Source: Cenococcum geophilum (taxonomy: Eukaryota). From it: a DNA stretch of 64,000 bases. The DNA lies in assembly GCA_050273025.1 (NCBI GenBank), contig CP158635.1, positions 17,856,001 through 17,920,000 on the forward strand. The letters are read 5' to 3'. The notes below the pieces were generated by a model that was given only the letters and a program-made list of their open reading frames with translations, had not been told where the DNA came from and ran no database searches. The translations under genes and the position numbers were made by a program. Below are positions 38,130 to 52,414 of this stretch, in pieces; position 1 is the first letter of the stretch, and the number at the start of each line of letters is the position of its first letter.

Positions 38130-39240
38130 ATGCGTAAGGCTGTAACTGGCTTTACTATCGGCTACTATAGAGATAAAGTAAGTCAATTACAACCTAGAGA
38201 TGGAGGTTTAATAATAGACTCTATAGAGCCTAGAGGTGACTATAGAGATACTAGGCTAAGTAAGGTTTAAATTTAGTCCAGTAGCCGCTATACCGTGGGC
38301 AACTATATAGAACTACGGTAGGAAGGTGTCCTAAAGCGACATCCTTATATCCAGAAAGGGCTTCTCTGGGTAAATTATTGCAATTAGAATATGCATAAAA
38401 TGCAGATAATAATTAGGTTGCCTTCTCCCTTTAAGCTAGGGTCCGTTAATAATTGTTTATAGAATATAACAACCGTAAGGAGATTGACCTTATAGTACTG
38501 TATAACGTGCTTAGATTAAGTATAAGATTTGGCTATAGGCTAGATCTAAAAACTAAACCTTAAGCCGCTAGGTCTTTAGAAGAACTCTAAATTTACTCCT
38601 AGGGTATAGAAATAGACCCCTAAATTGCAATAAGTATAGCGCTTTGCTTAGTTGAATAACATCCACTCTTCTAGTAGTACTAATATTATCGTTATCAGCT
38701 ACCGCCTTCTTATAATAGGTGGAAAGTACTATAGAGCGTTGGGTATTTTTAAATAATAAGGGAGCGATGCAAATATAGAATACCTTATTGATTAGGCACT
38801 AAATTTTATAACTAGAGAATGATACAAGCCATCTTAGGAGCCTATAAGTTATACAAATAAATTACTAGTTAAAAGCTGGGCGACTAGAGGAGAGGGGCAC
38901 CGTAATAGTGTAACTGTGGACTTAAAAGACCCGTATATAAATCTCAACTGAGGTTAACATCTTAAATAGTATTTAGGGCCTCTGCTTATAAAACAAACGC
39001 TTTATTAGAGATATAAATTGTCGCGCTAGAAGCGCACTACGCCGCGCAGAGTTAGAGGTACCTATTTGATTTCAAAAAGTCTTAGTATAACTCCTTAAGA
39101 TGGCACCGGCTATCCGTTGTTCTAGATAATATAGGAAGACCATTCTAAAGTTAAGAAAAAGATTAATCTCCGTGTATGGATATAGTAGAGTATATTGAAA
39201 CTTATATTTGTACTAATAACTAGTTCTAAGTTACGAATGT
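38130..39240 (+). pseudogene. RIPed chromodomain-containing gene (domain 38718-38880); gene limits approximate
   Basis: De-RIPed GKYYRALGIF...GSDANIEYLID(W)A(P)NF.T(G)E(R)Y(E)PS(W)EP.S.TN.LLV.SW fits the fungal chromodomain pattern YLIDW...TGE.Y.P(S/T)WEP. No integrase recognised upstream. Confidence 0.7.
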
Positions 39241-42200
39241 AGTTTTTTAGCTTTTGCTGTTAAAACTTCCCAGAAAGTCACAGGAATAAGAAAGAAAGGA
39301 AGATATAAAATAAGAGAATTATTAAATAGGTTAAGGGCAGTCAATTAAATATATAGATAGGTTAAGTATAGTGACTAATTGAATTAAAAAACTGTAGACG
39401 ATTATTAACTATAGATTAACTGTTTACTGCGCAGAACAAAGATAGGTCTTACTACGTGTTATAAATCCTAATAATAACTGCCGCAGCTCTTCTCCAGATT
39501 GACCCACTGTATTAGAGAAAAGGGGGTGAAGAAGATTTTATGCTTTAGCTGTAGACGTAAACCAATCTATTTACCCTATCCTTGTGCCAATAATTTCAGG
39601 CAATCAATAACCCTCTATAGTAGATTAGCATTTTGTAAATAACCATTATATATATAATCTGGTGACTTAAGCCGTAGATATTAAACACCCCTTAAAAAGC
39701 CCTTTTAGGGACCCTTATTGCGTAAATTAAGCCTCCTAGTAAATTTACAATTATAAGATCTCGAAATAATATTAACACGCTCCGTTAATAGAAAGTTAGC
39801 TTATTGGTATAGATAGAAAGATAGATTGCTAGTAATATCGCGGCAAACCTAAGAGTAAAGTAAGTAAAGATTCGCGCCGAACAGCTCCTTAGTTAGTAGA
39901 ATTTAGGTCAATAGACGTAGATCGCTAAGATAAGAGCTAAGGCTGTTATAAATCTTATATAAAGCCTTTATATTTAACTATTATACCTAAACGCGAAATA
40001 TATAAATGGGATCGTAGATGCCTAGATAACAATCACTACACCTAAGTAGTTAATACGTTGCCACCAATTAGCGACTCTCTTGCTATGGTTAGAAAATAGG
40101 TAATAGGCTAATAAGTAGGTAAAGTATATAATGACTCCTAGGGTAAAATTGAGGACTATAATGGTGTCTATAGACGGATTACTATATTTAAAGAGGAACT
40201 AAATTAGGATAATAGAAAATAGAATCGCTGCTAATAAATAAGACCAGATGTTAACTGTCTTATTATACAGTTTTTTAACGTCGCTTATAGAGCGGAAGTA
40301 TAAGGATAAGGGCTCTTGGTAACCATAAATAATAAATTTGTCCTTTTACTAGTTAGTTATAGATTCCTAACGCGTGGCCATGGAAATATCTATTAAAACG
40401 TTAAAAGATAGAATATAAAAATCGCAGAAATAGTCTTCTCTAGTAAGAGAAGGGAGTAAGCTGCACTACGATAATTAAAAACTTGGCTAGGGCATCTTGG
40501 CTATTATCAGAAGACCTATTCTAGACCAGATCTTCTGCACCTATTTTAGTATCTACTATAACTAAATAGAGTAACTAAAACGTAGACCTGTAAAAATATA
40601 TATACTTATAGAATGTAGCTCCTTCCCTAACTTTAATTCCACGTGTTATTCCAAATAATAAGCTTAACTATTAATATATTTAGTTTCCTAATATTTCTAT
40701 CTCTTCTTATTATAGGGCATTTATGGGTTGGTTTACGCCCCTACTAAATAACAATTTACTAACCATCTAGCTTAAGGAAAATAAAAAGCTAAATGAAAAC
40801 GACTAGCGTGTAGGAGAAATTTGAAACTATAGTATAAACTGTTACTGGTGCGGTAAATAAGTCACTAATAAGAGGTAAAGCTAGTTACTTTAACGCTTAG
40901 AGTGTACTTCTAATCCTACTAAACTAATCTTTTTGCAATCCGTAAGAGTAATACCAATTCCTAGGAATTTATAAACTTTAAGCTTCTTCTATAGCTCCTA
41001 TATTAACAGATTTTCCGCCTAATTAGTATATTCCTTACTTAGTGTGTAAACCCTCTCTAATAGCGAATATATATTTGTATAGAATTAGGCTTTTATATTT
41101 AGAAAAGTCCTAGGCTAGAAGAAGAGTTAGAAACACAATGGCCTAAGAATCCTAAGTTAATAGTTTATTTAATAAGACAAAGGACTTCCCAAAAATGGTT
41201 TAGAGTAGGTGAAAATTGGCGGAGGTAATTGCTCCCCTAGTATAGTACTATTTATTTTATTAATCACTCCAGGACTAGAGTTATAAGTATAGCTACTAGG
41301 TAATTCGTTAATGTGTAATAATCCGCATTTCCCAGAGAGTTTACTTAAGGTAGTAGCCTCGTCTTCTACTTAACTTAAGTTTAAATAGACTGGATAGTAA
41401 TAGTATACCTTATATATAATAAATTTAAATTATTGGTAATCTGTTTAGGTTAGAGTATATATTAACCTTAAGCAGATGCCTAGATACTATGCCTTTTCTC
41501 TAAAAGAGCGGCGGCCTCTATATAAGACGTATTGGTATTTTAGAATAATCTAGTAACTAGAAGCTCTCTCACGTACATGATTAATTGGCGTTATTAACCT
41601 ATTTTGACATTTCGGAAAAGAGAGAAATTGTTAGGCATTTCCGTCTATTATAAGAGCATTTAGCTTAATATATAACAGTTATGCCCATTCTTCTTAGCTG
41701 AGGAGACTTTTGTTAAAGAGCTTAATATTATAAATACACGTTAGAGAGAATAAGGTTAAATCCGAAATGGATATTAGGAGGCTGCTTTTCAGTCCTAAAA
41801 GCATCCCCTTTAGCGCTCCTAAAAGTTCCGGTGTCTTTTCTTACCCTTTTTTATAGCCTAATATTGGCTTAAGAACGGGTTAACAATTGGCCTCTAAACC
41901 TATTAGTGCCTTTTCTAACCCCTTTCTTAGCTACAAATTGGCGGAAGTCTATTATTAACTCCCGTAGGTGCCAATTCCAAAATTATAGGGCAATTATACT
42001 CTATTAGCATGAAAAGGTATAGCAAAGATATGTTTTTAGATATTTTATATATTATAAAAAATAAAAAATAAACCCCTATATTGCGGACCTCACTATTATA
42101 TAGAATCTATTAGTTTAATACCGCTTACTATAAAACCTAGGTGCGAACATTATAAGTACAAAGGCAAGCCTACTTTTAAAGATTAGGATAAGTGGCACCA

Positions 42201-45200
42201 ATGTGGAGAAATATATAGGAAAAAAGAGCGATGTTATAAAGGGCCCTTTAGGTAATTTTCACTACTATAGCATTGCTGCTTAGGATAAGCAGATAATAGG
42301 AGCTGTTAACCGTTTTGCTTTAAGTCTAGCATTATTTATACGTTACTTGCAAATATCTCTCTCCTATTAGTGCGGTAAAGAATGGTCTTATAAATTATAA
42401 AGAATTATATAACCCTGTTTTTTATAAAACTAAAAATTACAAAGGCAGGAAGAATAGACTTCTTAGGCAAAGGCCACTAGTATTATTGTTAGTCTGCTTA
42501 TAGAGTAGTATTCTTTTTTAATTTTAGAGAACGAAGAGAGAAAAAGGTTCCGTAATTATATAAGTTAGACTTGAAAACGGACACAATATCAGCTAAGAAG
42601 AATTGTTTTTAGTACTCTAAGTAGAGCTCGGCTCATATTTAATATTAATTACAATAAGAATTACCGAAAAACATGCGCTTAATACCGCTATAATTAAATT
42701 AATAATAATTTGGAGAATTTTAAAGTCAAATATGCCTAATATAGAAAGAGATAATAAAAATAGAAGTAAAAAAATCCCTAACGAAATATATTTTTTAGAG
42801 GAAAGATACTTTAATATGGACGCGATAGTTGCGTAGATTAAAGTAATTGCCTAGAGAGAACCACGTATAAATCGTATATAGTAGTAAATTGGTATAATAA
42901 ACATAAGTAGGTAGAGTATAGAAATCTTAGAGATATTATTACTAATATAGGGTGCTCCAGTTACTATAACAGCCGATTAAGTTAGTAGTTTTCGGTAATA
43001 CTACCTTTAAATATACCGTAACTGTGAAATATATAGCTAAAAACTACTATAATCGGAGCAAAGAGAGTAAATAGCTATAACACGTTGTTAGTATATACTT
43101 AGAATTAATAATATTATTCTTACCCAAATTTCCGCCCAAATTCTTTTCCGATTTAGGGATAATGATTCTTGCAGAGGTTCGGTTCCATACTCTTAGCTTT
43201 TAGTAAGCTGTTTAAAACTAGACATTTTTTTTCTAAATAATAATTAGAAAAAAAAAACAGTCCTATACTAGCTATAGGTGGCTAGTCGGTTATATATAGA
43301 CACTAGTTTTTATTAATATAGTTAGAAATCTAAAATAGGATCCCTAAGGTACTTCCTAGATAAGGCGGCTAGATGTTACTACTCGTAAGTTTTAGGTTTT
43401 AAGCAAATAAAAACGCCCAATGTTGGTTCCTAAAAAGGGCCATTTTTAGTATTTTAAAAAGGGGTCTATATCTAGGTATTTAAAGGTCGCACTTATATTT
43501 ACAACTAAGATAAATAGCTTAGCTGGTAGTCGTTTTATAGGTATTAGGGCAATATGCAATGAAAGTAAATTCCGGATACTTAGGATAAGCGCTAAGGAGT
43601 TACACGTAACCCCTAGCGTTATATTAGGATTGCTCCTTAAATATCTTAGGAAAACTGACGTTACTGAGCTAAATTCCTTGTTCCCCAAGTTAAAATCGCC
43701 CTATAATGGCCAGAGGTGTCTAAAATAAGGATTATTGATTTCTCTCCGCCTACCATCACTTTAGAATAGGCCATTTCTACCTTATGTTATTACTTATGAA
43801 TCGACCTAAAACTAATAGTATTTACTAGGGAGTCAGTTATTTTAAAGGATCGTTAAGGCGACTACTTTTTTCCGAACTAGAATTACACGCTACTTCCGAT
43901 AAATTAGCCACACTTGTTTAAAGAAATATTTTCCCGCGAAACATGTTTATAACATTTTACTATAGTCCCTCCCTTATAAAGTGTTGCATTATATCTACAC
44001 TCTCTTAGTCTTCGATCTTTCCTCTTTCTTTATTTAGTCCACTCTTTTCTTTAGTTCTTTTTAGGAAATAGAATTTTATCCCATTAACTAGCTATAGTTT
44101 AACCGCCGTAACGTCTTTCGGTCTGCATACTAACTAGGAAAAGGGCTTATTTTGTAATAATTCCAATATTAACTAGATAGGAAGCATTTCTATAATTACT
44201 TTGGCCGCTTATATTATACTCTTTATCTTCTAAGTTGCATAAGCTATTTAGGTTTCCCTACTATATTAGACTGGAAATAATAGCTACAAGATTGGTATTT
44301 ATAGAGAGCTACTTAGTAATGTAGCGGAGCAGTTATATTTATAACCCTTTAATTATTCCTTGTGTAAAACCACTAGCTTCCCTTATCTAAGCATATTATT
44401 GGCTCCTAGCAGTTAATAGAGTAATGCTGTTGACTTATTCTCACCTCTAGAGTATATATCTCGCCTTGCAGCGATAATAATATACTACTATAAATAGTCT
44501 AAAATTAGAGTCTATGGCTAAGCTAAGTATAGTATCCTCACTACTATCTACGCCTAGACTCGGTAATCCCTTTAATAAGGGTTCGGCGCAATTCTCCAGC
44601 TTAGTTAGATAGTTAGGCTTGCGATTAGAGTATATAGTTTAATATTAGATAGTATAGATTAAACTTTTTTAAGTACTTATAAGACATCATTTTGCCCTAT
44701 ATTTATTAGTAAGTATAAACGCTAAGGATCTATTGCTTACCTCTAGCTATAAGCCATTGATTTGGCGCGGACTTATACTATAGCCTATATGTTTTAGAGA
44801 AGTGAGCAAATAAGTTTCTTATAGAGCTTAACTCATCTTTAGAGAACTTGTTCTTAAAATTCTCAACTATTGACCTTAGTATTTAGGGTTAATTTAATAG
44901 AACGCTAAAGTTTATTTTATAAACGTTAGTAAGTCGACGCTCCTAAATGGGTAAACTCCTAGGTATTTAACTCTTGGGGTTTAGAACTGGCTCCCTCTTA
45001 AAGTAGGGGTCCTGAAAAGGTTCCCCTCCCCCTGGTTTAGCTCCCTCTCTAGGGTACTATATCCCGCTTTAAGTGCATTATTAAGCCTCTAAAAGGCTCA
45101 AATTTGGGTCGTTAATGGTCTAGTTTTAGAGCCCCTTACTCTTACGGACAGAAGAACTTGCCTTAGCTTAAAGTGTTTTCCATCCTTTTTGTTAGTAGAG

Positions 45201-45764
45201 TACCCTTATAAGATACTTATTGAAAGGTTATAAGAATAAAAGTCATTATTAAGGCAATATGGGCCTGCTTACTACTTATTTACTTCTACTATTAAACGAG
45301 GAATAAAGCTTCTAGGCTCCTTATTCCTTATAATCGCCTTACCGCATCTTAGAAGTAGATAACTAAAACACTATTTCTTCCACCTATAATAAGCCTACTA
45401 TTAGTATAGCATGGGCAAACATAGATATGCATTACGGTAATTTGTTATAGATGGTATTGACGTTTATTATAGGAGGGAAATGGATTAGGGATACTAGGTC
45501 CTGGGCGTAGGCAAGTAAATAAGCTCTGCGCCTATAATTTAACTGCGTAATATATTACCTAAGTAGAAGGATTAAATAAGTAGGCCTATATTACTTTATA
45601 GTCTTTATAATTTCTTCTCACTTATTATAATAAATTATAGCATCTCCCATATTATAAACCACCCAGATTACTTCAATATTAGCCTCTATAGTGATCTTCT
45701 ACGCTTACTAGGAATACTCTCCTTTGTAATATTTTAATCAATAGGGTATACTAGAAATGTACTA

Positions 45765-46046
45765 GGCCCGGCATCTACGGAAGCGATTGCCGCTTTACTA
45801 AAGGAAAAAATTATAAGCGAGATGCTTAGGTTAGAGGGTAAAGCGAAAATATATAGTATCTGCCAGTACGAGTTTAAAGAGGGCGAAGAGGCCACTATGT
45901 TACATTGTTGTCACTAGTTCTATAGCCGATGCATTGGCTTATAGCTTAGTAAGTAAGACTCTTACCTATACTGTAGAAAAGGCATTACCGAACGTTAGGA
46001 GGATAAGACTACTAAAGAGTTATCTAATACTAAAGCCAAGAACTGA
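45765..46046 (+). pseudogene. RIPed RING-H2 E3 ubiquitin ligase (RNF115/126-like C-terminus); 5' part not delimited
   Basis: De-RIPed GPASTEAIAAL(P)KEKI..EML..EGKA..(C)SICQYEFKEGEEATMLHCCH(W)F(H)SRCIGL(W)LS..DS(CP)YCRKGI. Confidence 0.85.
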
Positions 46047-49000
46047 AATAGTGTCGTAGCCCTAGTAGTTAGATATATACTAACTCTTTTTAGCGTAAGC
46101 TAAAGTTAAGAGATGCGTTCCTCGACTAAAGTTATAGGCTTTTTTTTTTTTAATATTTTCCATTCCCTAATTTTAGGAACTTTCTTTGGCGGCATTATAG
46201 GAACTAAGACTCGAATTTCTGTGCCGCGTCTATTTATAAATCCTAAGAGCCTTACGTTTTCAGCTTACTGTAACTATTATTTCACACTAACCACCCTCTT
46301 TTATAATTTTATATAAAGCTTATAATATATTAAAATAATACTAGTATTAAGAAAAGCTAGGCCTCTAGTAGTAAGAAATAAATATACCTCCTAGAAAATA
46401 TATATAAATCCTCCCGTAATGATATAAGTAATATCATTCCTTAAGTACAATTACGACTCTAAAAATATTTCTGTTTTGGTATTATATATCTATTAAGAGC
46501 AATTTAGTCCTGCCTATAACCTTAAAGGTATTAACCTTCTAGGAGATTATTGAAGAGATATAAGGTTATTGGATAATATGCTAGCAAAAGTCTGCTAGCT
46601 CCGTCAATTAATAAGCATTTAGGAGGCCTAGAAAGTGGGGCTTACACGGAGATGTTTATAGTGAAAGCAATTTCTTAAGTGCTTTAATTATTTCTTCTTT
46701 ATTAGCTCGCATGCAGATTACTATAGTACTACTTACTTTTACTATTATCTCTAGGAGATTTCTTATGTACTGTTGCTTAAGGGATTTTAAAAGGTCTAAA
46801 TACGTTCTTACCTAGAACTAATTAATTCTAAATCCAAATTGTTATAGTATATAACTACCTACTTTTATCATCTCTGTGACATTTAGAAGTAGTAAGTTTC
46901 CCTCTACACGAGGCATTTTTAAAGGCCTAGGATTTTCCTCCCTATAGCAAAAGGTTAGGAATGCCTAGCGGTGATATAAGTTGAGAAATGTTGTATTTAT
47001 GTAGCAGTGACATACACTTGCCCAAATCGTCGTCCTTTATATCGCTGGTAATCCTTAGTATAGTATTAAGGTAACTAAAGTCGTTTCTGCCAATAAGGAG
47101 GCCTCTAAGAGAGGTCCTATATACTTATCTGCTTGCCTAGACAAATTCGTAGAGATAAGATATATTGACCCTTCTAGAGTGGATTTATATATATTTATCC
47201 TAATAGAAGCGACTACCTTTTGGGGGTTTACAAGGGCAATAAATTTGCTTCTACTTAGTAAAGGTTATATTCGCCCCCTTTAAGACTAGTCTTATAACAT
47301 ATAGCAATCTTTTAAAAGTATTAATATAAGAGGAAGTAATGGCTATATATTACTTTACCTACCCTACTTTTGCACTCTAACCAGGTTTGTTATCAATATT
47401 GGTTATTAATTAAGTTATTAAATATTAAATATTGATTAATTTAATATTAATATCAATATTAGATTGTTTAATATTAAAATATTGACTTTAAACATAAGTT
47501 CATTTGGTGTTAATTTTTATAGTATTGTGCCCTAAGGTACTAAGATTAAGTACACCCTAGATAGACTGTAGTAGTAAACCTTATATAAATATATCGCCGA
47601 GGTATATCTATAAAATAGACCGAGCATGTATATAATCGATATGTCCTATAAAACACCTTCCTTTACACATATATAGGACCTCTAAAATTACTCTCACTTC
47701 TAGAAACAATAAGCTATTGATAAAAGAGATGGTTATTACTAGTTTGTAGCAAAGTAAAAACTAGAACTATATTAATAAGAAAATTAATATTCCTCCTAGA
47801 AAACACACGCAACCCCTCTATTAATGCTTTAGAGCTGCCCGGATTTCGTACTAGGATATACTGCTTAAAACTAAGTACTAGTGATAAGGCCGGCTTTAGC
47901 TCTAAAATTACTTTAAATTAAAGAAAATTAATTTTGTACCTTTGGGTTGATATAATCTGCGCTGTTAGGACTATACTTATATCCGTTTAAGAATAGCCTG
48001 GGAGCATTAATAATAGCAGTATTGATAGTAGATAGTTTATAGGGTTACTACTAAGTACTTTGGCTATATTAAAACAATAACTTATAAGCCAATAACGAGA
48101 CTACTTACATAGTAGTTAATGTCGGGCACTTTTTTGGTAAAGTCTCCTTTTGGAAACTGGTTAGACTACTCTTAAGTGGACTAGCTGCGGATAAGGATGC
48201 TCCGATTATGAATATTATGTAGAATACAGAAGTATATATATTTTAGGATTAACAAGTTTTGATAAGAAAAAAGAAATGGAAGGGGATATAAATTGTTAAA
48301 ATAAAGAGACCTATTTACAGTATTTAAAGCTGGACGCTTTTACTAATTAGGAAAAATCCGATGTTAGATCTAGGGGATGTTTGTAGCTCTTTATAGTTAG
48401 GAATCTATAAACGCTCTCTAAGGACCTAATTTAGCGTTCTAAAGAAAGCGCAAGAATATCCCTAAAGATACTAAAAAAGGAACGTATAGAAATAAATTAG
48501 TACTTAGGAAGGTCTTAAGCTTTACATCAGCCAAGAACTCTTCCTACTTAACTACGACCTACCTGCCTAGTAACGGGCAGAGATGCAAGATAAAGGGCCC
48601 TATTAATATCCGTTTTATATTCCTTTTACAGATACCTTTAAGTCCTAATTTATCCCTAAGTTTTGGTTTGTCACTAACTTCTAATTCGTCTCCTGATATT
48701 AACTACGAAAGGATTATCCACTTTAATAACTTTTTAAGGTCGCCTACAGAGCTGGCCTTAGATAATGACGAGTATAGCCCGCCTAATGGAGGTATTACCG
48801 GTAAGAACTCCGCTAGTTTCAGCAGTTGTAGACACATTTTAAAGGGTTAATATAGCCCTAAAGTTCCTTAAATCAGTAGTAAGTATATTTTAAAGCTTAT
48901 TGTATAGATGTAGTAGACCTATTAATAATCGGCAGGAAATCTAGTAATTATAGAGGATAATACGGAAGATAAAGATAAAGACTTTACTAGTATAATCTAA

Positions 49001-52000
49001 GTTTTAAATATATTAAATCTTTCTAACGGCCTATAGGCTGCGAAAATAACAGCGAAGGCTAACGCACTCCTTCGGATATATCTCTATTAGAGGATTCTAC
49101 GAGTGGTATGTTAATTAAGACTACTAGCATTACAGATAGTATCTAAAAGGATAGGTCTGTGACCCTATCTATAGATTATCTTACTAAACCTAGAAACTCT
49201 CCTGGGGAAGGAGTTAAACGCAAGGTAGCTAATCTAGAATTATTAGAAACTAATAAAGGAAAGATTTAAGTTATACCATAAGTTTGCCTAGTTGGTAAAG
49301 AGATAATAATTATAGCTGTAGGGTTATGCCTAAAAAAATATAATGGAGTAAAGGAAGGCTATAAAGTAGGGATTACTAAGGAGTAAATGGGAACTAGGAA
49401 AGGCGAAGCTTACGACGCTAATGATTAGCTTTATATAATAGGGAATTGTAATTGCACCGGGTATAGCTTTATAGTTTAACAATTTTATAATACGAAATGG
49501 GATTAAGAACAAAGTTTTTAATTTGCGTGATGCTAGAGCGAATACTATTTTAATTTACACTAATAACGCGCAAACTCTCTCCTTTCTGCAACTTATAGCA
49601 TTTATTAAGTATAGCTAGTGTCCGTTTAACTAGCCTTGCATACTTCCTTATGGATTTAGCGATGCTCCAACCCAAACTTTACAACTTCTTTTACTTCGGC
49701 CATTTGCCTCTTAGACGGCTCTATAGAAGCACACGTTATCAAATCTTTATCCTTAGGTTTTGGTTAATTTGCTAAATACTAGGTCTTAGATTCTTCTTTA
49801 ATTATCTTAAGCAATATTACTGCCCTTTAGACCATTTTATCTATAAGTAGATTAGAGTAAAGGTAAATGAAAATAAAGAGATTAAGGTGCTATGTACTCT
49901 ATTAATACTTAACAGAAATAGTCAGCAGCTCCTAAAGCCAAAAAGAGGTCCTTAAGATTGGAGCCTATTTTAGGCACCCTATAGAGCGGTGTTCTTTCTA
50001 GACCTGTACGGCTTAAGCTATATATTGCGTTCTATGCTTAAATCGGAATGATTTATAAGGAGCCTAAAAGGTATAAGAGATATAGTTACTATACCAAATT
50101 ACAGATTAGCGAAAATACACCTCAGCCGTTTATTGGTATGCATCTTTACCTAAGGCCACTCTTAGCTCCTAAGGAACCTATTAATGGAACTAGTATTTAC
50201 ATTCTAGCATTAAGCGCTATAACGGCTACTGCTATCTTTAAATTGTTGTTGCCTTGTAGGTCCTAGATAAATTAGTAATTTATATATTTAAAGCGGGGTC
50301 TCTTAGGAGATAAGGCTGGGTCCTACGCTAGGACTTCGCTCTAATGCGTCTAAGGGATAGCGGTGGTCGGTTGCCAAGCTAATTAGCTACTTAGTTGGAG
50401 TTACCAAAGTTATAACGCCTATTTTTAATACCCAAAACAGTTACACGTCTAGTCGCGGTGGGAAGGTTTTCTAAAGCGATATTATCGGACCTAAAAAAGG
50501 GCTCTTAGGAGTAATACGCTTCCCTATTAATCTTTTAGTTTTTAGAAGTTCTTATATTCTTCTAGGGCCAAGTAAGTGCTAGCTATGCTTGGTAAAAAGA
50601 CTATAACGCGTGGGGCCGAATTCTTATCGCCGGGCTATTACCTAAGACTCGCGGTAACATCTATATTAGTGGCCACTGTTGTTACCTTAACCGTAATATG
50701 TTTTAAGATTCTATGCGAGGCTAATGTTCTTAAGGCCGGTATTCTTATATTTGTGGTATGATTTCCTTCCTAATAAGTCAATTGGTTATTACTAATGGGG
50801 CTAGACTATAAGGTAGATATAAAACTCATTCTACAAGGGCTGCCTATCGATAAAACTGTACCTATTAATTGCAGCGTTAGTATAATATATTACTATCTTA
50901 GTTACACCACGCATAGTGACTGTAAATATCTCCCCTTAAGACTGACGGGTATATTACCTATCAATTCCTTAGGACTTCGTTCTATTGACCAGTCCCTAAA
51001 ATTCATTATTCCCAGCAGCATTAAGCCGCCTTTAATACTTAGACTGATCCTTGCGATTAGCATAGCTATTATAGTTATGGTTTAATTGTTTAGATCTATA
51101 TAGCGCGTTTCCGTACTAGTCTAAATTGTACTCGCCATTATATCTTGTCTTGTATTTTTAGTACCAATAACCCTTATATATCTGCTACTAAAAAGAATAT
51201 AGGACCTTCTAGAGAGTATAAAGGCAGATAAGGGCAACTTTTTTACTAAGTACTTAGTAGTTCTGTTATGTTTAGGGGCAATTATTATACTTACGCTCGC
51301 AAGTATATCTTAGTCTCCGCTATATAATCCATTAAAAACTTAAGCGGTAACACGAACTTTTTCTCTTATAGTTAATTTAAATTTTATATAGAAAGCTATC
51401 TAATGTATAAAATTTCCCTTATTTTTAATTTCTTTCTCTATATAATGTCATCCTTTTCACTAAAAGGATTTATCGCCAAGACCGCAACATATCTCCAATT
51501 ATAAGCCCTATCTCCTCGAAAGGCGTGGACTCTAGTAGGGTTTAAAAAGTTAGCGGCAATACTAATTAAAGATTAGAAATGGGTTAACGGACTTCCTTTC
51601 GGCGAGCGCCTGAACGCGCATATAGCTGTATTATCTTTCTTTATTCTAGGGTTTTAGATATTCAAAGACAGATAGAACATTCCAATACTCTAACGTATAT
51701 ACTAAACTACGTCTAATAAAGGAGACTTTACTAGCTTCTAAGTGTTCTAGATCTAAGATCTTTAGTAAGGGCTCTATTTAAGTTAGTTCCCTTTTTAGAT
51801 TAGTCCTTTAGCCAATACAATCCGCAAATCTGCGACTAGGGGTAGGTGCCTTAATCAACGATCTTAGAAGATCGTTGGGCTTGTCTATAACGATGTTCTT
51901 ATCCAGTTTAAGCACTGATATCCCCGAATTAGAAGGTTCCTAGACTAGTTAACCTCCTCTATTGACTATACTTGCGAACTCTATAATCGGCCTTCTAAAG

Positions 52001-52414
52001 ACTTTAGTAAAGGCAAGTAGGAATGCTGTAAGTGCGAATTTTACGGAGTATAGTTATATACCTTGGAGAAACAGCTTTCTAATAGTCTCTATAGAAGTCC
52101 TCTATAACATCTTGCTTCCTAAATTGAAATAAGAAGAGAAACAATATCGGCGGAGTGAAACACTTATAAAAAAAAAAGATAAAGAACTGGTATATAAACG
52201 GGCCGCATTCTACAAAGGATGTTGCAGATACGCTTTTCTACATATACACTATTACACTAAAGAAGTCTAATATTAAATTTTAGTAAAGATTAAGTTTCCG
52301 ATAGGCTGTCTCTCGCTAGTACAATACCCTATTAAGGTATAATAATATATATATACTGAAGCAAACTCTTAGATATATTAAGAGGAAAGGATAGGTATAT
52401 AAGAAGTAAACGTT

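Noticed and set aside
46380..47830. Short similarity between 46382-46420 and 47787-47826 (IPPRK..Q.L) suggesting tandem paralogs
   Set aside because: The match is only ~40 bp and could not be extended reliably.
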